Below are positions 19,126-30,124 of a DNA stretch of 64,000 bases, piece by piece. Numbering within the stretch: position 1 is the stretch's first letter; each line of letters begins with the position of its first letter. The notes below the pieces were generated by a model. The model made no database searches. It was given only the letters and a program-made list of their open reading frames with translations, and had not been told where the DNA came from. This DNA comes from Nitrosopumilus sp. Lineage in GTDB: Archaea; Thermoproteota; Nitrososphaeria; Nitrososphaerales; Nitrosopumilaceae. The position numbers were made by a program, and so were the translations under genes. The stretch is from contig OZ240211.1 in assembly GCA_965197525.1 (NCBI GenBank), forward strand, positions 1,088,001 to 1,152,000. Direction: 5' to 3'.

Positions 19126-21563
19126 TTCTAAATAGGATTACACTGGAGAACATTCGTAGTTTCAAGAATGCCACCATTACTCTTGATAGGGGCGTAACGT
19201 TATTTCAGGGAGATATCGGGACCGGCAAATCATCAATCTTGATGGCAATAGAGTTTGCACTGTTTGGGGTGGGTACCAGTCTGGATGCGTTATTAAAGAC
19301 AAACACTCACTCTGGTTCTGTCACACTGGATTTTGAGGTAGATGGCATTACACACAGTGTAAAGAGGGTGCTAAAAAGAACTTCCAAGTCAGTAAAACAG
19401 GTTGCAGGTACGATTACCACGGGTGACGTGCAAGAAGAGCTGTCAGCATCAGAATTAAAACCAAGAATCCTGAGTATATTGAGGTTTAATGAACCTCCCA
19501 GTGCACGCTCACACAGCAGAATCTACAGATATGCAGTGTTCACACCCCAAGAGGAGATGAAGACCGTGTTAGGGAATCCGGATGTAAGATTAGAGACACT
19601 AAGAAAGGCGTTTGGGATAGAGGACTATCAGATAGCATCAAGGAATGCAAAGACTGTGGCTGATTTTATAAAAACAAAGATGTTGCAGGCCCAGATGGGT
19701 TTTAGGAACTTGGATGGAATAGTTGAAGAGCTATCAGATAATGCAAAAGAGATTGTAGAGGCAGAGAAAAAGCTCAACGAGCAGAGAGAAGAAAAAGAGA
19801 TGCTAGATGATGAACAAAAGGCAGCTGACATGGAGATGGAGACACTGCAAAAACAAGACAGTGACAGAAAACAGGTAGAGTCTGATATCAGAGTACTAGC
19901 AAATGATGTCAGAAACAAGAATGACCATTTAGAAGGGGTGATTGCACAGATAAAGTCAGAAAATGCAGAGATTACAAAAAAACAAAAAGAGATAACAGGG
20001 TATGAGCAGATTCGGATGCCTACTAGTAAGGGGTTAGACCAGATAGAGGCAGAGATAGCAGATGCCAGAGTGAACAAGGACAAACTGATTGGGTTGGAGG
20101 CAGAATTCGAATCGTTGGAATCACAGATTCAGGACTTGTCTGAATCATGTGATATACATGCAACAAAGGCAGATTTGGAGGAACAGGTTCGAAGAATAGA
20201 CGAGAATGTAAAAAAAGCAGAGGCAGAACTAGCACAATTCGTAGATAGACGAGAAGAGAACCAGAATATCAAGACAAAGTTAGAGCTTGACAATGAGAAT
20301 ATCAAGAAGAATCTTGATGAGCTAGTCAAGATTGATGCGCAGTGTCCCGTATGTGAGAATGCGATAGATGAGAGATATGCAAGTGATTTGGCGCAAAGGA
20401 GAAGAGACAAGATAGATGAGAATAATCAAAAGTTAGAAGAGGTTGCAGGGGTTTTGCATAATATTGCAGATGCATACAAGAGACTGATGTTAGAGATTGG
20501 GAGACTGGAGAAGGAAAAGACAAATGTGGAAAAACAGATTCCAATACTGCAAGATATCAACACAAAGAGAGAGCAGTTAAAAAGTAAAAGAGAAGTGATG
20601 CAGAGAGTGGAAGAATTAGTTTTTGTAGCAGATGATGAGAATGAGAACAGAGATTTTCTAGCTAGTGAACACTCAGATATAGAGAATTACCTAAGGGCAT
20701 TGCAAGACAAGCTTGTCAAGTATCAGAATGCGCAAAAGGATATTGCCAGATTACAAGATGAGATAACCAACAAAGAGACCAAGATTAAAGATGACACATT
20801 GACAAAAAATAACTTGGGTTTTGATATAAGAAAAGCCAAAAAAGAACACTCTGAGAAAATTACAGAACTGGAACGATTCTATGGAATTGCGCAAAAGATA
20901 CAAGGTGTACAGCAAAAGATGAAACTGGTTGGAGACAAAAAGATTAGACTGGAGCGGGAGATCGGTGCTGCCGGAACACATCTTGAGGGACTGCACAACA
21001 CAAAAGACAGGTTGACACGAGAGAGAGATACTGCACAACAATACAAAGACAAATACACAAAACTGGGCAACTATCATGCATGGATGACTGACTTTTTTAT
21101 TACCACCATGGGAGTAATTGAAAAGCAGGTGATGGTATCAATCCAGCAAAACTTTAACGAAATATATCAAAAATGGTTCTCAAAGATGATAGAGGACCCT
21201 ACAAAATCATCTCGAATTGACGAGGACTTTACACCGTTGGTAGAACAAGACGGCGTGGAGTTGCCAACTGACTACTTTAGCGGAGGGGAGAAGACCAGTG
21301 TTGCATTGGCATATCGCCTGACGTTGAACACGCTTATGCGCCAGGAGACTGAGAGCCTAAAATCAAATCTGCTGATACTAGACGAGCCTACTGACGGGTT
21401 TAGCAGGGCACAACTAGACAAGATAGGGCAGATATTCCGAGAGATAGACTCCCAGCAGATAATTTTGGTCTCACACGAACAAGAGCTGGAATCGTTTGCT
21501 GATAATACCTTTAGAGTGACAAAAGAGGTCGGAATGTCGTATGTTTCAAAGGTTGCAAATTAG
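19122..21563 (+). CDS. rad50: Rad50 ATPase
   Basis: GDIGTGKS, long coiled coils, CPVC zinc hook, FSGGEK signature, LILDEP; overlaps the mre11 stop. Confidence 0.95.
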   Translation: MILNRITLENIRSFKNATITLDRGVTLFQGDIGTGKSSILMAIEFALFGVGTSLDALLKTNTHSGSVTLDFEVDGITHSVKRVLKRTSKSVKQVAGTITTGDVQEELSASELKPRILSILRFNEPPSARSHSRIYRYAVFTPQEEMKTVLGNPDVRLETLRKAFGIEDYQIASRNAKTVADFIKTKMLQAQMGFRNLDGIVEELSDNAKEIVEAEKKLNEQREEKEMLDDEQKAADMEMETLQKQDSDRKQVESDIRVLANDVRNKNDHLEGVIAQIKSENAEITKKQKEITGYEQIRMPTSKGLDQIEAEIADARVNKDKLIGLEAEFESLESQIQDLSESCDIHATKADLEEQVRRIDENVKKAEAELAQFVDRREENQNIKTKLELDNENIKKNLDELVKIDAQCPVCENAIDERYASDLAQRRRDKIDENNQKLEEVAGVLHNIADAYKRLMLEIGRLEKEKTNVEKQIPILQDINTKREQLKSKREVMQRVEELVFVADDENENRDFLASEHSDIENYLRALQDKLVKYQNAQKDIARLQDEITNKETKIKDDTLTKNNLGFDIRKAKKEHSEKITELERFYGIAQKIQGVQQKMKLVGDKKIRLEREIGAAGTHLEGLHNTKDRLTRERDTAQQYKDKYTKLGNYHAWMTDFFITTMGVIEKQVMVSIQQNFNEIYQKWFSKMIEDPTKSSRIDEDFTPLVEQDGVELPTDYFSGGEKTSVALAYRLTLNTLMRQETESLKSNLLILDEPTDGFSRAQLDKIGQIFREIDSQQIILVSHEQELESFADNTFRVTKEVGMSYVSKVAN

Positions 21564-21677
21564 GTTTCAGAACTTGTGATTTTGTAAGATAATGTATATT
21601 TGTACCCAAGCATAGTATCTAGAAAAAAGTGAGTGTATGCCTAGCAATACCGTATTACGCCAAAATGTAATCTCTTA

Positions 21678-22613
21678 CTAGCGTTTATCTAACAACAACA
21701 ACAACCTCAAACCATCTCTCAAACTGATTTCATACTTACAATTCAGTATTTTTTCAGTCTTTGTGGTATCAGCCAAACTTGCTTTGACATCACCTTCTAA
21801 TGCTTTTTCATATACCACACCAACCTTTTGACAAGATAATTCTATAATAGTATCTGCAAGTTCTTTTATCAAAGTTGGCACTCCAGTACCAATATTAAAG
21901 AACCCAGATTCTACAGAATTTTGCATTGCAGCAAGATTGGCTCTTGCGACATCAGTTACATAAATAAAATCACGAACTTGTGTACCGTCCCCAAATATCA
22001 CAAGATCTTGTTTTGCAGAGATCTTTTTAAGAAATTTAGTAACAACACCTGCATAGGAACTCGTTTGCCCTCTTCCAAAAATATTAAAATATCTCAAACC
22101 AATGATTCTGACACCGTCGTTGTGGTATTTTGAAGCTAAAATCTCGCCTTGTAATTTTGTTAGACCGTACGGATTGATTGGATTCCTATGGTGTGTTTCA
22201 ACAATGGGAACCTGTTTAGAATCACCGTAAACGCTTGAACTGCTAGCATAAACAACCTTGATATCATGGTTTTTAGCAGCTCTAAAGATGTTCTCAGTTC
22301 CACGCACATTGACATCATAATATTCGTCTGGCATTGTAAACGATTCGGGCACATATGTCAAGGCAGCTTGGTGAAAGATACCATCGACATCATTTTTTAA
22401 AGCATTTTCTAATTTGCTCATATCTCTGATATCTACATCATAAAAATCGATATCCTGTATAACATCATCAAGATTCTTCATCTTACCTGTATGCAGATTA
22501 TCAATTACTATAACATCGTGGTTAGCAGATACAAGTAGCCTTACAATATGACTGCCGACAAATCCTGCACCCCCGGTAACTGCATACTTCATAAAAGCAG
22601 TAAATCTGTCCAT
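21678..22613 (-). CDS. NAD-dependent sugar epimerase/dehydratase (likely start 22592)
   Basis: TGGAGFVGS, YASSSSVYG, YGLTK (YxxxK), RYFNIFG. Confidence 0.9.
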   Translation of the reverse strand: MDRFTAFMKYAVTGGAGFVGSHIVRLLVSANHDVIVIDNLHTGKMKNLDDVIQDIDFYDVDIRDMSKLENALKNDVDGIFHQAALTYVPESFTMPDEYYDVNVRGTENIFRAAKNHDIKVVYASSSSVYGDSKQVPIVETHHRNPINPYGLTKLQGEILASKYHNDGVRIIGLRYFNIFGRGQTSSYAGVVTKFLKKISAKQDLVIFGDGTQVRDFIYVTDVARANLAAMQNSVESGFFNIGTGVPTLIKELADTIIELSCQKVGVVYEKALEGDVKASLADTTKTEKILNCKYEISLRDGLRLLLLLDKR

Positions 22614-22754
22614 TCTTTTTAAGCTTTAACTAGTTGAAAACAAGATTAGACAAACAAGTCGTCCTACCAAGATGCAGAATGTATTAAATTTAGCCGTGTA
22701 ATATTCCAGCGAGACTATTGAAAATGAATATCCAAAACAGTATATCACTGCACA

Positions 22755-23640
22755 TCAGTTAAAGCTTATTCTATCACCAAGAAGCATACCATCATAGTCT
22801 ATTTCAAAGACTTTGACATAATAGTCATATCCATCAGCTTTTGAATCATAGACTTTTTTGAGAAAAGGATAACCATCCTCGTTGTCAAACACATCCACAA
22901 GAAAATCTGCTCGTATGTGTTTTTCGTTAGCAAGTGCGGCTCCAAATGGATTTAACTGTATCTGTTTTCTATCCGTATGGACTCAGGTCCCAAACAAATC
23001 TAGGCACGAATTTGCAAAAATTATGTCTTTGTTTATAAGGGACCTGAGTCCATACGTCTATCCGCCAAAATATGAGTCAGACCTTCATCTCTTGATTCCA
23101 TAATGTAATCCGCTAAAGAATCAAAATTATCCATAGATATTAGATGAATACCAGTCATATTCAATCGTGTGTCGGTGTATGAGTTCGGCCATCTTTCAAT
23201 TGTTTGGCTTGTTGCCAAATAAGTTGATTCACGATAAAGAGGATTAACCCCAGATATCATAGGAGATATCTTATCCATAATTTCAAATGATTCCAGATAA
23301 TGTTCATAGTCTACTTTTTTATAATCATAGAATAATACTGATGATACTATAATAGCTGAAATTATAACAACTATAATTATAGTGGATTTATCATGTCTTT
23401 TGATAATTTTATGGATTGCCAGCACAGATAAAACAGAGAACATTGGAAACAAGACATAAAAAAATCTAGTCTCTGTGAAATGGAAGATAAAATAAGCATA
23501 CAGAAAAGGCAGCATCATTATACACAATGATAAAATTATAGTATTTTTCTCAAAATTTTTGTCTCTAGAGTAAAAATAGTCCAAGCGGTATAAAAATAAT
23601 AAAATTCGGAATCAAGACCCATCCCAGATATTTTATAAAT
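22755..23640 (-). pseudogene. Membrane glycosyltransferase-like (GT-C/PMT-like) gene remnant, MITE-disrupted
   Basis: TM-rich fragment with TRFFYVLFP; frameshift near 23570; removing the MITE restores ILADRKQ...FLVDVFDNEDGYPFLKKVYDSKADGYDYYVKVFEIDY...*. Confidence 0.65.
22975..23055. mobile_element. 81-bp MITE
   Basis: Perfect 17-bp inverted termini GTATGGACTCAGGTCCC / GGGACCTGAGTCCATAC; flanks TTCTATCC / GTCTATCC (7/8). Confidence 0.85.
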
Positions 23641-23837
23641 AATTCGCAATTGTTCACGTCTTTTGTTGATTTATGCCTCCAAACAACGCATGATGAAAAG
23701 TGAGTAGGCATGAATCATAGGCAATCTGAACAGGTACGTTTGATGTAAAGAATCATGTAACAAGTAAGGTTATCTTGTGTTTTGCATGATAAAGTACGAC
23801 AAAGAATGATCAAAATATAGTAGATCAAACCTATACC

Positions 23838-24521
23838 TTGATAAATAGAATATTTGTTATACCCCTAATCATGAATTTAAATAATATCCATATTGTTAAA
23901 CAAATTCTTCATGCAAGACGAAGACATAGAATCACTGATGCATTATCAAAAGTTAAAACAGACTCAAATACGAGTGTAATTGACATAGGTTGCGGCTTAA
24001 CCGGAAGATCATTTGAGGATTTTATTCCATCAACTTGGAGTGTAACTGCAATAGATTTAGTCGATCCGCAAAGTGTGAAACACACTCACCCACATTTTAA
24101 ATATATACAACAGGATGCTCAAGATTTGAGTCAGTTTACAAACAACCAGTTTGATTTGGCAATTTCTATTGGTTTGTTAGAACACATTACAGAAAAAACG
24201 CCTTTTGAAAAAACCATTTCAGAGATTAGGCGCGTTGCTAAGCAACATATTGTGATAGTGCCATACAAATATGGCTTGATAGAACCCCATTACGGCCTTC
24301 CGTTTTTCCCCATATATCCTAATTTCGTTAAACAGTTCCTGGTTAAAACATTTAATCTATGCGGCCAACGAGAGGCTATAAAACGTGATCCAGCGCATAT
24401 TGAAAAGTATTGCAGATGGCCCTCCAATAAAGACTACAAAAAAGAATTTTATGAATCAAACATATACTTGACATCCACACTAGAGCAGATCGTAATCATC
24501 AAATCACAACTAGATTATTGA
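23838..24521 (+). CDS. Class I SAM-dependent methyltransferase
   Basis: VIDIGCG motif I, QDAQDL...FDLAISIGLLEH, IEPHY. Confidence 0.8.
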   Translation: MINRIFVIPLIMNLNNIHIVKQILHARRRHRITDALSKVKTDSNTSVIDIGCGLTGRSFEDFIPSTWSVTAIDLVDPQSVKHTHPHFKYIQQDAQDLSQFTNNQFDLAISIGLLEHITEKTPFEKTISEIRRVAKQHIVIVPYKYGLIEPHYGLPFFPIYPNFVKQFLVKTFNLCGQREAIKRDPAHIEKYCRWPSNKDYKKEFYESNIYLTSTLEQIVIIKSQLDY

Positions 24522-24812
24522 TGGTCAGGTTACTCCTTGACAGCTGACATCAAGAATTACCCCTCATCAAGTTGACAGAGCCTAATTATTTATTTTATAC
24601 CAGAATCTCAAAAATCGAATCTCTAAACTGCCCTAGTCAGAGACAGCCATTCTATACCATGATAGTCCTAAAATAATCCGTATCCAAAATAAGACGAAAA
24701 ACACTAGTAATCCTATGAGCAAAGATGATCTACATCCTAGAACATAAAGCTGAGGTAATTTGCAGGAATCTGAACTGTATCTATAACATACAAAACACAT
24801 AATTGGATAGCA

Positions 24813-25622
24813 TCAAGTGGGTAGTATGTACACCCCGGTGCTGGTACGTTTGAACATGTTTGTATGAAGACCAATCTTCTCTCGCATTCTTGCATAGCAA
24901 AACTTTCGAAACCACTTGCGGATTGATTCGGATTCCATCTCTTCTCTATATCTCATATAGCCTCGAAATACACTAAATGATCTAGTTGTCAAAGTATCAT
25001 ACAATACAAATGGTATTGGGTATCCACAACGGCGCTTTAGTGCTCCACGGCTCATGTAGTGAGCTCCATTGTACTTGGTTCCAGTTTTTCGTCGATACAA
25101 TAATTCGATATCACGGTATACTGCACTCTTATACCCATCAAGTCCAGCATGAGCAACTATTACTGCTGAAGGAAATGATGGCAACGCAGTCAAAAACCAA
25201 TTGGTGTCAACTACCATTCCAGATTCAGCTGGGATAACACGCGGTTCGCTTGAATCAGTACCACATGCGACCATGACGTTATCTCGTCTCATATGATGCG
25301 TAATACGTTCTACGTAATCAGGCGGTAGTGTTGTATCTGCATCAACGGCTACACTGTAATCTATATTTTTAGAAGAAACCTGCATCATAAGGTCACTTCG
25401 TTTTTGGTCATACATACTGCCGCCCAACTCAGCATGATGAGGCGCCAAATGTTTTACCTCTATACCTGGCATAGAGTCAAGTATGGCACCTGTGGAATCA
25501 GTAGAACCGTCATCAAGTACAAAAATCTTGTTTGGAGGAATGGACTGATTTTTGATATGTTGTATGGTTTGCACTATCTCGTCTTCCTCGTTATGGGCCA
25601 TCGTAAACGAGTTCCATTTCAT
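24813..25622 (-). CDS. Glycosyltransferase family 2
   Basis: AHNEE, VLDDGSTD, AVDADT (DxD). Confidence 0.75.
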   Translation of the reverse strand: MKWNSFTMAHNEEDEIVQTIQHIKNQSIPPNKIFVLDDGSTDSTGAILDSMPGIEVKHLAPHHAELGGSMYDQKRSDLMMQVSSKNIDYSVAVDADTTLPPDYVERITHHMRRDNVMVACGTDSSEPRVIPAESGMVVDTNWFLTALPSFPSAVIVAHAGLDGYKSAVYRDIELLYRRKTGTKYNGAHYMSRGALKRRCGYPIPFVLYDTLTTRSFSVFRGYMRYREEMESESIRKWFRKFCYARMREKIGLHTNMFKRTSTGVYILPT

Positions 25623-26057
25623 AGTGTATTATTCCCCCATACATAGTTGAGTTTTTTTGACTGGGTGTTATGAAAGATATCTGTTAGACTCTCTTTGATC
25701 ACGACTACCATACATTTTTACGAACGGTTCTGTTTATTTTTATCTTGCTACTTGTATAATGATGATGGCAATATAGCAACGTGCACGAGTTTCTGTACAT
25801 GGTATTTTAGACCATCATAGGGTAATACCTCTTGTCTTGGGAATATGCCAAAAGCGCAAAAAAAAAATACATGGAAAATTAAAATTCAGATTCATGTATG
25901 GCTATACATATCACATTGGAAAAAAATGCAGGTACTAACATGATACGTACAAAAGATCAAACTATTCGTACAACCATTGTTTTTGTGCAGGTTTGGACGA
26001 TACCTAATGTTATACAATGTCGGGGTTTGGCAGGTAGCCATCCATCTTTATGAACGG

Positions 26058-26700
26058 CTATATGATTCCTTTGGGCGGGTTTCTCTTCTGGAATTTCTTA
26101 AAATTATAATCAAACTTGTGTACCCTGATAAACTCATACACCGCTACCAGATGTGCGTTCTTGTCTGCATAACGTAGGAAATGATTCATTGCACGCGAGT
26201 ACGTTCCATCTCCTCTACGGGATTCAGATACGGATATCCTATAGTATACCACAGGACAATAATGTCGCGCTCTGCAAAGAATATTTCTGCATCCTGATAT
26301 ATGCCACGGTGCCTTGTCTGATATCAGTACCATCTTGCCTGCCTTTTTGTACACCTTGTCCATATGTTCTAGAAAGGAAGTAAGCGGTGTCGACAGTCTG
26401 AGAGTGATTAAAAAACTGTCTGCCGTCTTGTGTCATGCTGCATATCATTGAGAATCTATGAAATCCTCTACTCCATAACATGAATGTATAGGCACAGTTT
26501 TGCCCAATATTTTGCAGACATTGCGGTGTCCTTGGTGTAATTCATCCTGTGTTACAATTGTATATCCCATCTATGTATCTTGCAATAGTTTGATACATGC
26601 CGGCTCTCCATTTGTTCACCTCTTCTATTGGTGTTATACCAACCATGATTGGCTGTGTCTTGTTTTTTTTTCTAGAGTATCCCCCTGTCTGACATATCGC
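26058..26700 (-). pseudogene. IS630-family transposase remnant
   Basis: Frameshifted peptides TQDGRQFF and VLISDKAPWH (DDE_3-like). Confidence 0.5.
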
Positions 26701-26718
26701 CTTATCTGCGACATGCCA

Positions 26719-26825
26719 ATCTAAAATAGGAGAATAATCTAAATCCGTAATTTAGTTTTTCCAATGTAAACACTTCACTTTGTGACTTGTATGAATATTT
26801 GATATTGTGATTTTTAAACGAAGAG
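26719..26825 (-). pseudogene. Promoter plus 5' fragment of a third copy of the 34941-35432 gene family
   Basis: Aligns with 35378-35484, e.g. TTAGTTTTT.CAATGTA.ACACTTC.CTTTGT.ACTT.TATGAATATTT; frameshifted. Confidence 0.5.
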
Positions 26826-26826
26826 A

Positions 26827-27591
26827 TCAAGAAATGGTTTTTTGAAAAAAGCCTATCATAGATCTCTTATTGACATCATCAGAGATACGGGAGATCTCTT
26901 GAAACTTGCAAAGATTTGTCAGGTTGTTTTTGTGCTGTCCTATAAATTCATCAAAGGTGTTACTGTGAGTAATATCATCGGAGCATAAGAATCCGTCATC
27001 TTTTAAAAAGTTCCATGCAAGATTATATTCAAAGTACATAATCTGATAAGAGTGATCAGAGTCATGAATGAACATATCTATCTTGTCCAATTCAGACAGT
27101 AAAGGCTCCAAGAGTTCACAGACATTACCAATTCTTAAATTCCAATACTCTTCTTTTAGATGGTCAGGAACAAGATACCCCACACCGCCATCTTGCTGTA
27201 CGGTTTCAGATGAGTCAATATCAATAGAGTACAGCCTGCCAGAAGAGTCTTCTCTTTGTAAAGCAGTCAGAATCATAAACGATGACCAACCCATGCTAAC
27301 GCCAGTCTCAACGACTGTCTTTAAATGATATTTTCGGACAAGCGAATACCAAACAATGGGATATTTGATAAAATTGAATTTGGTGCTGACAGATTCTACA
27401 ATCTTGTTAATTGGCTTGTCTTTAGATAACAAAACGTCAATCTCATCGCAGACTTTAATCATCAAATCTCGATTTTTTTTAATGGAGACTTGTTGCCGAC
27501 TACAAATTTTAAGTTTAGCTAGTAATATCTTGGGATTATGTAAGATTGTATCTAATTTGTGAAACATGATAATTAAAACCATAAAATACAT
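26827..27591 (-). CDS. Class I SAM-dependent methyltransferase (Methyltransf_24-like)
   Basis: VVETGVSMGWSS, LYSID, IDMFIHDSDHSY. Confidence 0.85.
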   Translation of the reverse strand: MYFMVLIIMFHKLDTILHNPKILLAKLKICSRQQVSIKKNRDLMIKVCDEIDVLLSKDKPINKIVESVSTKFNFIKYPIVWYSLVRKYHLKTVVETGVSMGWSSFMILTALQREDSSGRLYSIDIDSSETVQQDGGVGYLVPDHLKEEYWNLRIGNVCELLEPLLSELDKIDMFIHDSDHSYQIMYFEYNLAWNFLKDDGFLCSDDITHSNTFDEFIGQHKNNLTNLCKFQEISRISDDVNKRSMIGFFQKTIS

Positions 27592-27625
27592 TTAATATGT
27601 TTGGCATTTCAGAGTAAACAAAGTA

Positions 27626-28528
27626 TTGATTGTAATATTAAATGATTATATCAGAGGAACAGTTGCAAATGAAGAGACGTTTTGGTCAAGGCTTGAAGAT
27701 GAGCTATCAGATACAGTAGCAATTAGTACTGCCAAGTTAACCGTTCCACTAGATAAAAAGATTAGAGAGATAAACCCGGATCTAGTTATTCAGAATGCTT
27801 GTTGGGGAAGACTGACAGATTACAAGACAGTCTCATTTTTACAAGATCCGTTAATAGAGATGAAAGCATTGTTGTTTGAGTCATTCATGCTAAAGATGAG
27901 ATTAAAGATTAGAGGAAGACAGTCGTACGGTAGCAGACTACAGTTACAACTAGAGTCGCTGAATCATTCCATCAAAGTCACAAACTCAAACTTTATGGCA
28001 GACATGTATCACAAGTCAGGAGAGTTCAAGGTTATTCCAATGGGTGTGGATCACGAGCTGTTCAGACCGATTAACCAGAAAAAAGAGTTGAGGAAAAAAT
28101 ATGGTCTGCCATCTAATAAAACGATAAAGATATTTGTTGGCAGTACACATGAGGTAAAAGGCTTTAAACAAATCAAAAAAATGATGGAATCGGATACTGC
28201 AAGTTTTTATATTCTGGTTTTAAAGGACGTGGATATTGGTTCAGGTCATAATTTTGTAACGTTTCATAAAATATCACAAGATGTTCTTGCAGAGCTGTAC
28301 AACTGTTCAGATTTGCTAGTAGCAAAAAGTCTTGTAGAGAGTTTCGGATTGGCGGCAGTAGAGGCAATGTTTTGTAATCTGCCTGTAGACACTACAAAGA
28401 CTGGAGTGTTTTGGGATTGGGAACCGAGCATGGACAAGCCCAGAGAGGAGGCACTTAAAAAAGGATTAGATAAAATCACATGGATAAAAAACTGGAGTAG
28501 ACTAGTCAATGAACAGATTAACAATTAG
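27626..28528 (+). CDS. Glycosyltransferase family 4
   Basis: VIPMGVDHELF, LYNCSD...ESFGLAAVEAM (EX7E). Confidence 0.8.
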   Translation: MIVILNDYIRGTVANEETFWSRLEDELSDTVAISTAKLTVPLDKKIREINPDLVIQNACWGRLTDYKTVSFLQDPLIEMKALLFESFMLKMRLKIRGRQSYGSRLQLQLESLNHSIKVTNSNFMADMYHKSGEFKVIPMGVDHELFRPINQKKELRKKYGLPSNKTIKIFVGSTHEVKGFKQIKKMMESDTASFYILVLKDVDIGSGHNFVTFHKISQDVLAELYNCSDLLVAKSLVESFGLAAVEAMFCNLPVDTTKTGVFWDWEPSMDKPREEALKKGLDKITWIKNWSRLVNEQINN

Positions 28529-30026
28529 GAGAAAAGTTCTAGGTCCAGCATATAGAAGATTTGTAAGGCCTACAATTCAAGCCTATACAATTAAAAAAAT
28601 TGCATCAAGTCAATTAAGAGATTTGAAAAGAAAAGAATCAGACGATATACGGCTAGTTGGATTCTTGCAGATGCACAATGAGAGCAAGAAAGGAAATTTG
28701 GAGAGGGTATTAAAACATCTATCAAGATTCTGCAATGACATTGTAGTTTATGATGACGGGTCAACTGACAACAGTTATGAAATTGCCTCTAAATTTACAA
28801 AAAATATAATCAGATCTACTGTAAATGATTTTAAAAGCGAGATTGCACATAAACAAGAATTATTAGAGTTGGGACTAGCTCTAAACCCGGACTGGATAGC
28901 TTGGCTTGATGCAGACGAGGTCTTTGACAGGGATGGTGAGCTGTACGCAATCAGGGATTTGTGCAGGTACGGAGATAGTAAACATATTGATGGTTTCTCA
29001 TTTTTAGAGTTTAATCTTTGGAAGAGTATGTCAGAATACAGGGTTGATGAGCTATGGCACAAGTTATGGCAGATTAGATTGTGGAAAAATAATGGCAATC
29101 TTGCATTTGGAGAAGAATACGGATTGCACAAAAAAATTAGTCCAAATGGGATGAAAAAGATATGTAAAACGGATGTAAAAGTAATTCATTATGGTTTTTC
29201 AAGCGAAAAAAAGATTGATGGAAAATATCAGATGTATAAAAAGCACGGGCAAACAGGTGTGGCGCTAGAAAGAATCAAGGATGAAAAAGATATCAATTTA
29301 AAACCATTTTCAAGAGACTGGTTTCCATTATCGACTCTCAAGGTTGCCGTAGTCTGTTTAATCTACAAATCAACAAAATATTTAGAGTTTGTTTTAAATT
29401 CATTTAACAGACATACAACAGATGCGGAACTATTATTTATTGCAAATGATGCAACAGATAAAGTAAAAGATTGTCTTGATAAAAATAAAATCAATCATTT
29501 AATTTTTGAGAATAAAGACAAAGACGAGTATTACATCAAACGAGTGTACCGAGCGTGGAATTTTGGAGGTAATAATGCAGATGGGGACATTATCGTATTT
29601 GTAAACTCAGATATGGCGTTTTCTGAGAACTGGCTGGAGAATCTTTTAAAAAATTTAAAAAAAGATAGAATTGTAACATCAAGACTGGTAGAATCTGGAA
29701 AACTGATATCAGGGGATACGGCAATTTCAAAGAATTTTGGCAAGAGTCATAGCGAGTTTGACCAATTACAGTTTGAAAATTTTGTCAAAGGGGTTAAAGA
29801 GGATAAGATTGTCAAGGGCGGACTGTATATGCCCTGTGCAATCTATAAAGATACTTTTGTAAAGAGTGGAGGGTACCCAATAGGCAATACGGTAGAAAAA
29901 TCCGGTAAGACGGTATCAGGCGATCGAATATTTTTTTATAAAACACTAGGAGCAATGAATATCCGACATTATACAGTGGCAGATAGTATCGTATACCACA
30001 TTCAGGAAGGAGAGATGGACGAGTAA
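28509..30026 (+). CDS. Two-domain family 2-like glycosyltransferase
   Basis: Domain 1 VVYDDGSTD / WLDADE; domain 2 FIANDA / FVNSDM. Confidence 0.85.
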   Translation: MNRLTIRRKVLGPAYRRFVRPTIQAYTIKKIASSQLRDLKRKESDDIRLVGFLQMHNESKKGNLERVLKHLSRFCNDIVVYDDGSTDNSYEIASKFTKNIIRSTVNDFKSEIAHKQELLELGLALNPDWIAWLDADEVFDRDGELYAIRDLCRYGDSKHIDGFSFLEFNLWKSMSEYRVDELWHKLWQIRLWKNNGNLAFGEEYGLHKKISPNGMKKICKTDVKVIHYGFSSEKKIDGKYQMYKKHGQTGVALERIKDEKDINLKPFSRDWFPLSTLKVAVVCLIYKSTKYLEFVLNSFNRHTTDAELLFIANDATDKVKDCLDKNKINHLIFENKDKDEYYIKRVYRAWNFGGNNADGDIIVFVNSDMAFSENWLENLLKNLKKDRIVTSRLVESGKLISGDTAISKNFGKSHSEFDQLQFENFVKGVKEDKIVKGGLYMPCAIYKDTFVKSGGYPIGNTVEKSGKTVSGDRIFFYKTLGAMNIRHYTVADSIVYHIQEGEMDE

Positions 30027-30124
30027 TTGATGTTAATGAGTAACAATGGATAAATGTATCAAACAATCCATAGTAAAAAAAAAGAATGTGCTAAATTATA
30101 TAGGAACAGTAAGGGTTTAAAGAA

